Shown here: in pieces, positions 49,744-64,000 of the stretch
How the letters are laid out: the number at the start of each line of letters is the position of its first letter
Numbering within the stretch: the first letter of the stretch is position 1
DNA from: Octopus sinensis
Taxonomy: Eukaryota
DNA: 64,000 nt
Assembly: GCF_006345805.1 (NCBI RefSeq)
Contig: NC_043003.1
Location: 69,502,001-69,566,000, forward strand
Direction: 5' to 3'
Translations under genes and position numbers: made by a program
Notes under the pieces: model-generated
The model's database searches: none
The model's input: the letters and a program-made list of their open reading frames with translations, nothing else
Told to the model about the DNA's origin: nothing

Positions 49744-51526
49744 CTGCAAAAACAAATGGTATTCATAAAGAATTATAAAAAAGAAATTAAAACCAAAGTT
49801 TTAGAATATAATCCACTACAAACTTTAAAGTTATTTCCTGTCTCAAGTGGATTCAACATAAATTAATAGATGCTACTTTAGCGTGCAGTCTACATGGTCA
49901 TTTACATTTTAGCAGGCAGTCTGACCCTAATCTTCAACCAGATCAGACCATTTAACAGCATAAGACTATCAATACAGCAGTAGACTGCATGCTAAAGTAA
50001 CACCAATTAATATATAATAAGTCTATCTTGAGACATGATTTTATTATTTTTCAATGTTTCTGTGAAACAAGATGCTAATTGCATTGGTGCTTTTACTTTT
50101 ATTCTATTTCTTCTTTGCATTGGCCTGCAGCCATGCTGGAGCACCATCTTGAAGCGTTTAGTCAAACAAATCAATCCCAGTGCATTTCTTTTTTTTTTTA
50201 AGTCTGGTACGTATTCTGTCAGTCTAATTAGCTAAACTGCTAAGTTACAGAGACATAAACAAACCAACTATGATCATCATGTAGTAGACACACATATACA
50301 CACAAAGATACACAGTTTCCATCAATCAAATTCACTCACAAGGCATTGGTCATTGGTCAGACCATAGTTACAGTAGAAGATACCTCAAGGTTCTGCACAG
50401 TGGGACTGAACCTGAAACTACTTGATTACAAAGCAGGCTTCTTAGCCACATAGCCATGCGCCTGTGCAACAGCTGATTGTGACAGCTTGTAAAAATCTAT
50501 TCAGAGTAAAGGAATGAAAATGTCAGGTTGTACTGAGTTTAATAAAAATGGATCTTTATAGGTGCCAGCATGGCTGTGTGGTAAGAAGTTTGTTTCCCAA
50601 CCACATGGTTCCAGATTCAGTCCCACTGCATGGCACCTTGGGTGAGTGTCTTCACCTATAGCTTCAGGCCAACCAAAATCTTGTGAGTGAAACTGAAAGC
50701 CTATCATATGTGTATGTGTGCATGCATGTATGTGCATGTGTGTGTGTGTGTGCGTATACAGAGAGGGTGAAAGATGTGTCAGTCTTTGTCTCCCATCAGC
50801 ACTTGACAATCATGTTGGCATGTTCATGTACCTGTAACTTAACAGTTCAACAAAAGTGGTTGATAAAAAATAAATACTGGGGTTGATTCATTCAACATAA
50901 AAATTCTTCGAGGTGGTGCCCTAGCATGGCCATAAGATAAAAGATGGAAGATATATCTATGTATATGTGTCTGTGTTTGTTCCCCGCCACTGCTTGACAA
51001 CTGGTGTTGGTTTGTTTAAATCCCTTTACCATAACAGTTTAACAAAAATGATTGATAGAATAAATACAAAGCTTAAAAAGAAAGCAAATACTAATGTTTC
51101 AATTGACTAAAAATTCAAGGCGATGCACCAGCATGGCCACAATCTAATGACCAAGACAAATAAAAGATAAAAATATTTTTGTTACCAAAGACATGTAAAC
51201 AGTCCTACAATTACAGTCTTAGAAAAAGGAAATTGTGCTTATAATTCAATCCAAATGATTATATATGACATAAGTTAATTTAATTGTGGTCAAGTGAAAA
51301 GGTTGTAAAGCATTCTTGTTGACCAGGAGCTAAATATATTTATTAACTCCTCACTTTAACATATCTGGCCAGCAATTTCGTTTCTACTCCTCTCTTTCCC
51401 TTGTTTTTGTCACTGAACTGCTGTCATGCTGAGGCATTGCGTTGAAGGGTCTGAATCAAAGAAATTTCCATCCACCCATCCATCCACTCCCACATGTTTG
51501 GATTTTTCCTTTCACACTGTGGTGGT

Positions 51527-51900
51527 GCCACAGACAAAGCACCCATGCCACGAACAAGCACGAACAAGCACGGGCCACAAACAAGGCGCCCGTGCCACAA
51601 ACAAGACGCCTGTGCCACAAACAAAGCACCTGTACTGGAGCCACAGACAAAGCAGCCGTTCTGGAGCAACAGACAAAGTGCCCATACTGGAGCCACACAC
51701 AAAGCGCCCTCTACTGGAGCCACAGACAAATCGCCCGTACTGGAGCCACAGACAAATCGCCCGTACTGGAACCACAGACAAAGCGCCCATACTGGAGCCA
51801 CAGACAAATTGCCCGTACTGGGGCCACAGACAAAGCACCCATACTGGAGCCACAGACAAAGCACCCGTACTGGAGCCACAGACAAAGCACCCATGCTGGT
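51527..51900 (+). repeat. 20/26-bp minisatellite (gccacagacaaagcacccatactgga) upstream of an RTE-type tail ending near 52160
   Basis: About 11 units of 26 bp preceded by several ~20-bp units. The array grades into gtcacat..aaagcac motifs and then the aggaagggtatccagctgtagaaa tail. Confidence 0.9.
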
Positions 51901-53185
51901 GTCACATATTAAGTACCTGTGCAGGTATCACATAAAGCACCCACATCATGCAGATGTCACATATAAAGCACTCATGCTGGTGCCTCATAACAATCACCCA
52001 ATACACTGTACAATGGTTAGCATTAGGAAGGGTATCCAGCTGTAGAAACCATGCCAAAACAGACAATTGGAGCCTGGTGCAGCTCAGCTAGCCAGCTCTT
52101 CTCAAACCATCCAACCCATGTCAGCATGAAAAACAGCCATTACTTGATGGTGATTAAGATTCTCCTTAAATAAGATGCCAGTCCATTGCAAGATTCAAAG
52201 CTAGCAATTTTGAAGCGAGTGGGGAAGTTGATTACATTAAATCCCAGTACTTCACTGGTACTTTATTTTATTGCCCCTGAAGAAATGAAAGGCAACATTC
52301 ACCTGAGTGGGATTTGAACTCGGGACATAAGTGCGAGAAGAAATGCCGCAGGGCATCCTGTCTAGTGTGCTGACAATTCAGCCAGAAATTAGGCCAGTAG
52401 TAAATGATATTCAAGTTGAAGGTAAGATCATATCTTTAAAACTAAAACAAAAGGAGTTGTGAGAGAGGAAGGATAGATAAAATCAAATCAGGAGAAGCTA
52501 CACAAAGCACCTGTTTAAACTATAACGAGGGTAGATAGATAGATACAGATGATAAGTTGACTATTAACAACTAATTCTTTATGAGAAGGAATAAAAACCT
52601 CCAAATGGAATTTATAAGCAAGACACAAAATAAATAAAATATAAAGCTTTATGATTTCATATCTCCAAACAGATTGCAGAAATAGACTATTTTCAATATG
52701 TCTTTTATAGCTTACAAACTGAAATTAACACATAAAAATACTGAAATAAGTAAACAAAGAAATTTTTAAATATACAAGACACCTCAAGGAATAAATGAAA
52801 AATACAGATAAAACTAGACTGATAAGATATATGCTTCACAACCAAGTTGTAGATCTGGGTTTTAATCCAAATGTACAACAGCATTTTTATTGCACTTTTA
52901 TTGCAGTCTGGAGTAGACGAATGCCTTGTAAGAGAATCATCATCATCATCGTTTAACGTCCGTTTTCCACGCTAGCACAGGTTGGACGGTTCAACCGGGG
53001 TCTGGGAAGCCAGGGGCTGCTCCAGGCTCCAGTCTGATCTGGCAGAGTTTCTACGGCTGGATGCCCTTCCTAACGCCAACCACTCCGCGAGTGTAGTGGG
53101 TGCTTTTTACGTGCCACCTGCACAGGTGCCGGGGGGGGGGAGTCCATTGTATACATATATATACACACACACATATATATATATG

Positions 53186-53748
53186 TGAGGGTGAGTCAAA
53201 AAGTAATGCCGTTTTGTATAGGACAGGTATAATTACCAACATAGGAACATGTATCATGCATCAAAATGAAGCTGGTCCTCTGTGGATCACATACCTACTT
53301 CTCAGCATAGTCACTGTTTCTCTCAATAGCAATGTTCCACCTTCGAATGAAAGCATGTATCCCCGCCCCATAAAATTCTGTTGACTGTTCTTTGAGCCAC
53401 TTCTTCACTACAGTTTACACTTCCTCGTCACTGGAATAATTTAGCGCCTTCCGACTATCATCTCTTCGGCCCCATGAAAGAGGATTTGAGAGACAAACAT
53501 TCCAATGACAAGGAAGTGAAAACTGTATTGAAGGAGTGGCTCAAAAAAGTCAACAGAAGTTTACTGGGTAGGGATACATGCTCTCATTCAAATGTAGAAT
53601 ATTGCTATTGAGAGAAACGATGACTATGTTGAAAAGTAGGGATGTGATCCACAGAGGATCAGCTTCATTTTGATGTATGATACATGTTCCTGTGTTGGTA
53701 ATTATACCTGTCCTAAACAAAATGGCATTACTTTTTGACTCACCCTCG
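53186..53748. mobile_element. Second copy of the mariner-derived fold-back MITE
   Basis: Same TIRs, same internal ttagcgccttccgactatcatctcttcggccccatg block, and TA at the right end (53749-53750). Confidence 0.85.
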
Positions 53749-56700
53749 TATATACATATGTGTGTATATGTTTGTGCTTCTTTGTCCTCACATCATGTGA
53801 AAGTTATAAATGAGTCATTGTCATCCATTTCCAATATACTGCAAAATTTGTCTGGCTCTGGGGAAATATAAAGTTACTTAGAACTAGATGGGTGTTGACA
53901 ACACAAAGCGTATCTGGTTGTAGGAAATCTGCTTCAATAAACTGTCTGACCTATGCAGAGATGGAAAGGATGAAGTTAAAGCAATGATGATAATGATGAT
54001 GATGAAGTGATGGTTGAAGCCGTTTTAACTTTAGAGAAATCAAAGCAGTCAAAATTCTTTAGGAAACTTCAAGTATTTTAGTTCTGTAACTACTTGTTTT
54101 GTTCTTATTCCCATATTATTCTTCAACTGCCTTACTTGATGGCATAAATGCACAGACACATTAGAAGCAACCCAATTCCAGTTGCACATATTCAGGAAAA
54201 TTTTCAAAGTGTATTAAAGAATATCATATTTAAAGAATCTCACAATACATAAAGTATTACAAAAGTACCATAACAATAGCAGAAAATATTATCATCATCA
54301 TCACCATCATTGTTTAACGTCCGTTTTCCATGCTGCCATGGGTTGGATGGTTTGACTGGGGGTCTGGAAAGCCAGGAGGTTGCACCAGGCACCAGTCTGA
54401 TATGGCAATGTTTCTACAGCTGGATGCCATTCCTAACGCCAACCACTCCAAGAATGTAGTGGATGCTTTTTATGTGCCACAAGCACAGGGACCACAGGGA
54501 CTGGCATCGACCACAATGGGATGGTGCTTTTTACGTGTCACTGGCACAGAAGCCAGTCGGGGCAAAGGGGCTGGCATTGACCACATTAAAGTTTAATATT
54601 ATTATTATTATGGAGTTAAGGCAAGAGCTGGCAGAAACATTAGCACGCCGGGCGAAATGCTTAGCAGTATTTCGTCTTGTCTTTATGTTCTGAGTTCAAA
54701 TTCTGCTGAAGTCAACTTTGCCTTTCATCCCTTCTGGGTTGATAAATTAAATACCAGTTATGTACTGGGGTTGATTTTATCGACTGGTCCCCTCCCAAAA
54801 TTTGAGACCTTGTGCCTAGAGTAGAAAAGCTTATGGAGTTAGGGGGGACCATCTAGATCAGTGGTTCTCAACCAGGGTCCACATGACCCTTAGGGATTCA
54901 TATAAGAATCTATCTGCAATGAATTGGTTATGTTTCTACAATACAGAAAATATGAAAAAATTTTTATATAATACAGGCGCAGCATGGCTATGCATAAGTG
55001 CAGTGTGGCTGTGTGGTAAGAAGCTTGCTTACCAAACAAATTGTTCCCAGTTCAGTTCCACTGTGTGGCACCTTGGGCAAGTGTCTTCTACTATAACCTC
55101 AGGCTGACCAATGCCTTGTGAGTGGGGTTGGCAGATGGAAACTGAAAGAAGCTCATCGTGCGCGCATGTGTGTGAGTGCATACGTGTGTGTACATGTGTG
55201 CATATGCATGCATGTGCACGTGTGTATGTGTGTATATGTATGTATGTGCGTGTATGTATGTGTGTCCTCTCTCACCATCGCTTGATAACCAATGTTAGTC
55301 TGTTTATATCCCCATAACTTAGCGGTTCAGCAAAAGAGACTGATAGAATAAGTGCTAGACTTACAAAAAATAAGTCCTGATATCAATTTGTTCAACTAAA
55401 GACAGTGCTCCAGCATGGCCGTAGTCGAATGACTGAAATGACTCAATTCCTAGTAATATTTAATAAAAACATAGGATTATTTTTAAATGGCTGTGAGGGT
55501 GCAGTAGAGCAAAATAGGAATCAAAGGGATCCCTAGGGAAAAAATGGTTGAAAATCACTGGTCTCGATTAAAATTAGCCTATAGTAATGAGCGTCAGGGA
55601 TACAATTAATTTAATGAAGGCCCAACATGCAAACAGAACCGGGAGTGAATTTTTTTCAGACAGTTTTAGAAATAAAATACATCTTATACAACATCAAATA
55701 CAGTAAATATTTATAATATTGACCTAACCTTGCCAACTAAGTAAATAACACACTTTCCTATTAAGTTGGATTATTTGCTTGATTAGCTGGCTACACTACT
55801 TGAATAACGAGGACAGAAGTTGTGCAAAATGGTAGCAGATGATACATAAAACAAAAGAGATCAACTAAAACTTAGGTTAAGACAAAATCAAACCTTGTAA
55901 AGTAGGTCTCACTTCAGATGAGAAACAAACAAACACACACACTATATATATATATATATATAAATTGTTACGTAATGGAAAAGAAAGTCTGTTTAATATG
56001 TTGCTGAATTCCCACAGTATATGGGGTAGTCAACAGATGTCATAAAATACACTTTATATTTCAAATTATTGACCTCGATGAAAACATGCTTTTTCATAGC
56101 CATTTCATGACAGACACTGTCAAAAGAATTCCAAATCATCAAAGTATCATTGATTTTCTTTTTTATTTTTTTATTCTATGTATTTCTTGCAAACATTTGT
56201 CCTGTTGATGTAAAACATCTGCTTCCTATGTCCAAGCAATATGGAAATACAAGCTATGAATCAATATTAACCGATGTTGCTTTTTTTTTTTTCTTCGTTT
56301 CCTTTTTTTTATATTTGTCTTATTCCCCACTTTTTTTTCATAGAAGTCATCACAGAAAAATGCATTTGCTTTGCAAACAACATTATCAAGTCATATATTG
56401 AAAACTGTGTGTAAAACAAACAAAATTTTTTAACAAAAGACTAAAAGGAACTTCTTACAAAAATTAAGAGTATTTATGAACCAATTAAATAATATTTTTA
56501 TGAAGCAATTAACCAGAGACCTTTCTATTGAGACAAAATCAACGTTAAATGAAACTTATCTGATACTTATCGTGGCACTCTGTCGGTTACAATGACAAGG
56601 GTTCCAGTTGATCCGATCAACAGAACAGCCTGCTCGTGAGATTAACATGCAAGTGGCTGAGCACTCCACAGACATGTGTACCCTTAACGTAGTTCTTGGG

Positions 56701-58028
56701 GAGATTCAGTTTGACAGAACTCAGAACACGAAGACAGACGAAATACCACAAAGCATTTTGCAAGGCATGCTAACTATTCTATTATAGGCACAGGGCCTGA
56801 ATTTTTGGGGGAGGGGAGAGCCAGTCGATTAGATTGACCCCACAAGTGTGCAACTGTTACTTAATTTATTGACCTCTGAAAGGATGAAAGGCAAAGTTGA
56901 CCTCGGGACACAATTTGAACTTAGAATGTGAAGACGGACGAAATACCACAAAGCATTTTGCATGGCATACTAACAATTCTGCCAGCTCGCCACCCTAACA
57001 ACAACAATAATAATAATAATAATAATGAAATTACTGTGTGTAGTGCTCAGGTGCACTACAACTCATCAAAGGTGTAAGTACAGTACATAGAATTATATAC
57101 AAAAGTCAGGAAAGTGAACAGTGTATGAGTTATGATAGACGTGTGTGCATGCATATGGAGGCGGGATATAGGTAACAGCTGCAGTGGTGTGCAAACACTG
57201 GGGTTATAAATCTATGCAATGGTTAAAGACAGAGGTGGGGAAAGATTTTGGTTTTAAGTCCAAAATAATTCTTCCTACAACAGGTACAAGGTCTGAAATT
57301 TAGGGGCAGGGGGATAGTTGATTAGTTCGATTATTCACAAAGCATTGGTTGACCTAAGGCTTTGGTAGAAGACATGCCCAAGGGATCATGCAGTTGGACT
57401 GAACCCAAAATGACAAGCCTCTTTTGTCTCCTATGTAGCCTGCCAGAGGACCATGGTTTAAAATGCTGAATCTTCCTTCGTTTCTTCCTATCATCATCAT
57501 CATTTAACGTCCGTTTTTCCATATAGGCATGCATTGGACAGTCTGACTGGAGACTGACAAGTCAGAAGGCTGCAACAGGCACCAATCTGATCTGGTAGTT
57601 TCTACAGCTGGATGCCCTTCTCAATGCCAACCACTCCAAGAGTGTAGTGGGTCCTTTTTACATGCCACCTGCACAGAAGCCAGTCAGTCAGCACTGGCAT
57701 CGGCCACGTTTGGATGGTGCTTTTTACATGCCACCAGCACAGGAGTCTGTTGCAGGGTGCTCAGCATAAAAATTAACTTGTATACATATCTTCTTTTATA
57801 GGTTTTCATTTTCTTTGTTCCTGAAATCTTTTTGGACAATTTCTTTAAACAATAGATTTAACAACATTGCATAGATGTAGTTATGTAGTTAAGAGGCGTG
57901 CTTCCCACGAACTTGTGGTTCCAGATTCAGTCCTACTGCTTGGTACTTTGGGCAAAAGTCCTCTACTATAGCCTAAGACCAATCAAATCCTTTGACAGGA
58001 TTTGGTAGATGGATGCTGTAAGAAGCCC

Positions 58029-58063
<35 letters not shown>

Positions 58064-60469
58064 ACATACATACTCCTATCTTAATGACATATAATGGTTG
58101 CAAACAAGCATCAGTGTCAAAGAAGCAATGTCTGGCCATGGAGGAATAACTTTACCAGCTAGAAAATTCCAGCTGATTCATGCAATCATGGAGAAATAGA
58201 ATCAAGTGATGATAATGGATACAGCCATGAAGAATGTTAGAAGCTAATTTAAAACATAATGGTTGACAATTTAAAAACTTTTTCTCATAATTCTTTAGGA
58301 ATTGTATAAATAATTCAATAGAGAATGACAACTCATTTAAATAAGTAAATATCATGAGTTTAATATAAAGATTTTTGATGACTTAGACATCTGAATTTTG
58401 GAGTTATTAAGAAATGAATGTCTTGATAGTATCAACATTCTTCCAAATAAAAATACAAATTCTTCAAAGATGCTTTGATATTTAAAACAGAAAGACTTAT
58501 TTTGAAGCATTTAAAAAAAAATCCTGCTCTTGCAGTGACACATGGGTTTTGACACAAGGGCTTTATGATGGTTGATATAAACATGAACCTTTCGAGGAGA
58601 CAAAATTACATACCTATTAAGCAAGTCCTTGCAAAAAATTAAAATTGCATTTCATATAAAAGCAGTCTTCAATTTCCCTTTCAGCATTTTAATATCCACT
58701 TTTCTATGCTTGCATGGGTCAGACAGAGTTTATTGAGGCAGATTTTCTATAGCCAGATGCCTCAACTGTTTCCAAGTAAGGTGATATTTCTCCACAGCCA
58801 GCCATGTTTATGCAGAATATTGGAAATGTGTGAAATTGCTTGTATAATAGTGACACTCATTTACAAGGAGACACACATACACGCACGCTACTTTTAGTTT
58901 CCATTGACTAAATCCATTCACAAGAATTTGATCAGCCAGGGGCTATACAAATAAAAAAAAACATTTCCCCAAAGCGTAGTATTGTGGGACTGAAACCAAA
59001 ACCATGTGGTTGGGAAGCAAACTTCTTAAACACACAACCATGCCTGCACCTTCATATATGGTAACCACTCGAGTGCAGGTTTCTAAATATGTGAACCTTT
59101 CAAAACACATCTGATACTCAGATTAGAGATGACCTTCAAAAGAATTGCATGGTCTTCACTATCAAATGTAACGAAGAGATAAAATGACGAAGGTGTAGAG
59201 ATAAACTGCAGAACCTGAGACTTAAGAGATGAGATTAATCCAAAATATTACTTAAATATAACATTCTTCACCAAAATGCAACTGTTTCTATCATCATCAT
59301 TTAACAACCATGTTCCATGCTAGTAAGAGTTGGATGGTTTCAGGGCCAAACAGGTCCAAGGACTGCATCCTGCTCCAGTGTCTGCTTTAGTATGATTTCT
59401 ATGGCCTGATGCACTTCTGAATGCCAATCACTTGACAGCGTGTACTAGGTGCTTTTTTTCATACCACCAGCACTAATGAGGCTGCCATGCAGCTTGCAAG
59501 ACTACAGAATCAGAACTGGGGTGGTGGAGTGGTCAGCATTATGCCATGAGAAGAGAGGTTGAAGTATGCAAAGGCATAGGTGAGTAGGGCAGAATGAGAA
59601 GAGCAGGATGAGAAGGGGCTTTTGACTTTTTATAATACTCATGCTGGTGCCATGTAAAAATCACTGGTGCCATATTAAAATCACTGGTGCCATATTAAAA
59701 TGTACTGGTGCCAAAACTGAATGGAACTAAGTGCAGCTCTCTGGCTTGCCAGCTCCTGTCAAATTGTCCAACCCATGCCAGCATGGAAAATGGATGTTAA
59801 ATGATGATGGTGATGATGAATATCATTATGCTTGTAATAAAGAATAAGTATTTCATGCTATACTTCACACTTAATCAATTGCTGTTTTTTTGCAGCGGCA
59901 GGAGTAATATTTTTTATGACTTTGTAGGACCAACAAATCTACTGTTGTTTTCAGTATGTTTTCAACCATAACATTGAAGGTAAAAATTTTTTTTCTCCAA
60001 AACCACCCGGATATGTAATATAAAACTTGGTTGAAATCAACATTGCTTTTCAGTTTATTGCAAAATATATAACAATACGAAAAATCAACACTTTGGTTTA
60101 TCTATGACTTTGAAATTTCATAAGAATGAGTGTATAATCTCTCTATATATATACACACATAAAAAAAAAACTAATACAATTATATTGTGTAAAAATGTGT
60201 ACCACTAGTAAAGATAAATAGGTCGAGTGGATATCATCATCATCGTTTAATGTCTGTTTTCCAGAGGTCTCAGTCTTTCGTCATTGCCTCTGTGAGGCCC
60301 AACATTCAAAGGTCACTGGTCATGAGTTCAATCTGTTGTAGGGGTTTCACAACAATTTATTATACATTTCATCATCATCATCAAACTCTGAATATTTCCG
60401 TGATGAACCCTAGCTCTCATAGGACCAGTCACCCAGATATTATGTTGTATAATAGACCAAGATTGCAAC

Positions 60470-60645
60470 ATTCACCCTGGACAGGACGCCAGCCCATTGC
60501 AGGGTCACTCATTTACAGTTGAGTGGACTGGAGCAACATGAAACAAAGGGTTTTACTCAAGAACACAACTCATTACATGGTCTAGGAATCAAAACCATGA
60601 TCTCATGATTGCCAGTGCAGTACCCTACCCACCAGGCCATATACC
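60470..60645 (-). mobile_element. tRNA-headed SINE with a Meta-like body. Related copies at 14770-15065(-), 16060-16245(-) and a 3' part at 56570-56720
   Basis: Minus strand: atggcctggtgggtagg...ggttttgattcc...gttgtgttcttgagtaaaacc...gttgctccagtccactcaactgtaaatgag. Confidence 0.55.
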
Positions 60646-63600
60646 TTCACCATCCTACATTTCCAAGTTCTTTTAACTCTTTAGCATTTAAGCTGACCAA
60701 ATCCAGCCCAAATATTTTAATCGATTTAAGGCCAAACTGGTCATATCTGGCTTCTCACACCTACCTTACAATGTCATTCTAAAAATAAACAATCACAACA
60801 TCAAAAGCTCAAAGTTAGAATATAATCCTTTCTATTATAGGCACAAGGCCTGAAATTTGGGGGAGGGAGGCCAGTTGATTAGATCAACCCCAGTACACAA
60901 CTGCTACTTAATTTATCGACCCCGAAAGGATGAAAGGCAAAGTTGACCTCAGAACGTAGCGATGGGCAAAACACTGCTAATGATTCTTGCCAGTTCGACG
61001 CCTTCAAAGCTATGAGATAATGCATGATTAATTCAAAACAACGTGAATAAATAAGCATTACATTTGACAGAATAATCTAGAAGCTAAAGGATTAAATGTT
61101 GGGAATATCTACCAGATCATCTGGGAATATTATCACTGCTCAACTGGCATCCTATTTAGAAGGCAGTCTTCTCATTCACTTGCTTAACTTCATGAAAACT
61201 GGGGTTTAGCAAAAGCCTCTAAAAAATCATTATAATCAATGGACTTCAGTACAGACTGGTACTTTATTGTAATCAACTCTGGAAGGATGAAAGGTAAAGT
61301 CGACCATGAACTAAGAAAGTAACTGAGAATGATTAAATATCTTTTATTGCTTATATGTTTCAGTCATTAAACTGCAGCCATGCTGGAGCACCACCTCAAA
61401 GAATTTTTTTCAGCTGAATGAATCAACCCCAGTGCTTTTTTTTTTCTTTCTTTCAAGCACTGCACTTATTCTATCAGTCTTTCTTGCCAAACCATAAGTT
61501 ACAGGACATAAACACATCAAAAGCAGTTGTCAAACAGTTGACATACTTCAACTTCTCATGGCATAATGATGACCATTCCACCACCCCACTTCTGGTTCTG
61601 TAGTCTTGCAAGACGCATGGCAACCTCATTAGTGCTGGTGGTGTGAAAAAAAGCACCCAATACATGCTGCCAAGTGGTTGGCATTCAGAAGGGCATCAGG
61701 CCATAGAAACCATACCAAAACAGACACTGGAGCAGGATGCAGTCTTTCGACCTGTTGGGCCCTGAATCCATCCAACCCTTGATACAAAGATACACACATA
61801 GATATAGAAATGCATGTATACAATGGGCTTCATTCAGTTTTTGTCAACCAAATCCACCCACAAGGCTTTAGTCAGCCTGGGACTATAGTAAAGAGACATA
61901 CCCAATGTGCCACACAGTGAGACTGAACCCAGAAGCATGCGGTTGAGAAGCAAACTTCTTACCACACAGCCATGCCTGCTGGTCATTAAATTTGTTGTTA
62001 ATTTTTTATATCCCTTTTGGTGAAATGCATTAATTATTCAAGCTAACAGAAGTGTCTCTATTTGATCACATCATCTGCTACAGATACTATATATTATACC
62101 CTAACATCTTGAAAAACAGGATAATATAAGCCTGAATGCACAAGTGTCGTAGAAAAGGATGAACCAGTCAAAACTGTAATGTTATTGATCAGAGTTTTGT
62201 GAGATCAGGTTTTACCTGGAGCTAAACTACAACAAAGGGAAAAATATGTTAATAATGTAGCAATATAAATTTTATGTTTAACAATAATTACAGCATGACA
62301 GTCTTCAATCATAATAGATCTATTTAATTAGAGATAAGCCAAGTTAAATTATAATTTAATAACCCACCAAACATCAAACTGCTCATTTATATTCTCGGGA
62401 TATTATGGAAATAATCAAGCCTTAGTTTTTGTGACATGAATAGGTACTCCTTTCTAATTAAATAATCAATTAATCTCACTTCCTAATACCATTCAATTTT
62501 TGTTTCAGACATTACAGTATATTCAGACAGATACTACAGGACCAGTAAACAAGGGTGAAACAATAATTCTGCTGATGATAGCTAGGAATGCAGAAACGTT
62601 TCAAGGTTGTCTCCCTTGTTGATTTTACCAAAGAATGTTAGCTAAACCCTGTTTTCTTGGTCACCACATTAAATACATTTTTGTTTTGGTTTCGGGTTTT
62701 TCCCTTGTCATTGAAAACATAAGGATTAAATAAACCGACCTTTTTATTTACTACCTACGTTGAAAAGCATTGTTTAAAACAGCCAACAAGCTACCCACCT
62801 TGCGGTTAATCAACCTGCTAGAAAGAACAGCCAAATCTTCCTCCAGTCACAACTAATGGTGAAAATTGGATAATGCGGTCCTTATATGTACTGTGAACTA
62901 AAGATGGGATGGTCATGGCTAGAACACGTGTAGTTAGAGGTCTACTTAATGAGGGCAGGCCAAAACTATAACCAATATTTTAAACAAATCTAGATTGAAC
63001 TACCGAGTGAGATTTACACAGGCAGCAATATGCATACAGGTTAGTGTGTACCTAAAGAAAAGGTCACCATGAGGGCAAGGTCTTTTATTATAGGGACCAA
63101 GGCAAAGTTTAAGCATACATACAGAACAAATATCTCTCATTGATAAGAAAAGAAAAAAATGGGCGGGGTATATTTACATTATGCTGAGTTTTAAGAAGCA
63201 ACAGAGAAGGCATTTTATCAGTTCAACGGAAGTGAGGGGATTGCAGTACTTGTGACTGTAATTTAATATTAGGGAACTAGAACACATTGTTGAGGAAATG
63301 AGGGGAAAAGTTTCCATAGGTTGGTAAACATTCCTCGTTTCAGGACCAGATAAGAAAACAATAGTGCCCCACCCCACACCCCGATGCAGTCTTGTGAAGG
63401 CTAGGTTATCGGGATGAAAAAAAAAGTTAGATAAGGAGACGATCGTGAAAAGTAAAAATAATTTATAAGTAAAACAGCGATACAATATCAGGGACTTGTA
63501 GAATCAAGGAAAAAAAAAAAAAACAGTAAAGGTATTGTAGCAAGCCTCGCCTGTCTCATACATACATATGAAATATTCTTTCCAATTTTTGGCCCAAGCT

Positions 63601-63964
63601 CAGTTCGATTATAAATATACTTAACTTATTGACACCCGAAAACGAAAATGTAAAGCAAAGTCGATCTCAGAAGAATTTGAACTCAGGAACCGTAAAGAGT
63701 CGGAATGCATACATGAAATATATATATACTGGAAATAGGAGCCAATATACCACCAACTCGCCCCTCCCCCGCCCATTCCATTTTCGGAAAATAAGTGCAC
63801 AGTTATCTGCAGAATGGTCAAATTAATTCAAATGACACCAAAAAAACCTGAAATATTTACTATCAATTTCATTTAGTATTTTCAGCGGTCAGCGTACAAA
63901 CATTGCTTTTTATAAGGATATATATATATATAAAGATTAATTAATGCAAGGAAATCGAACTCAC

Positions 63965-64000
63965 CTGGATCGTACAACAACCCAGACTTGGCAGATTTGT
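63965..64000 (-). CDS. PLEKHA7: Partial coding exon (runs off the window edge): linker between WW1 and WW2 of a PLEKHA5/6/7-family protein, xKSAKSGLLYDP(D)
   Basis: Minus strand reads AC AAA TCT GCC AAG TCT GGG TTG TTG TAC GAT CCA G|gtgagt: a strong donor, phase 1. It joins in frame to the WW exon at 49743 (G|AT = Asp). Spacing and the SG motif match the PLEKHA7 linker as I recall it (HPRTGEPVNSGHMIRSDLP). The symbol is family-level and tentative. Confidence 0.6.

Noticed and set aside
51424-52045. Cluster of 115-183-aa ORFs
   Set aside because: Translations of the 26-bp minisatellite in several frames.

Overview
AT-rich, repeat-saturated animal genomic DNA. The repeat families (tRNA-headed SINEs, RTE LINE 3' ends with (GAT)n tails, mariner/hAT/piggyBac-type MITEs) look like those of an octopus. 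That is recognition from memory, not a database result. Only two protein-coding exons are well supported, both on the minus strand: a partial exon at the right edge (63965-64000) and a 58-bp WW-domain exon (49686-49743). They splice in frame to ...KSAKSGLLYDP-DLPSGWELSITPEGVFYYV(D/E), which best fits the tandem-WW N-terminus of a PLEKHA5/6/7-family gene. No next WW exon was found, so most of the window is probably one very large intron. It contains a young, 5'-truncated CR1-clade LINE with an intact RT frame, about 20 RTE 3' ends (several with expanded 3'-UTR minisatellites), dozens of SINEs and MITEs, and fossil hAT and mariner transposase fragments. The most unusual object is a ~446-bp fold-back insertion at 5435-5880. 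It combines a tRNA-like Pol III head with a Penelope-type minimal hammerhead-ribozyme motif in each arm and is flanked by a 9-bp target-site duplication. Nearly all ORFs in the supplied track are repeat artefacts. Boundaries of degraded repeats are approximate, and all alignments were done by eye.
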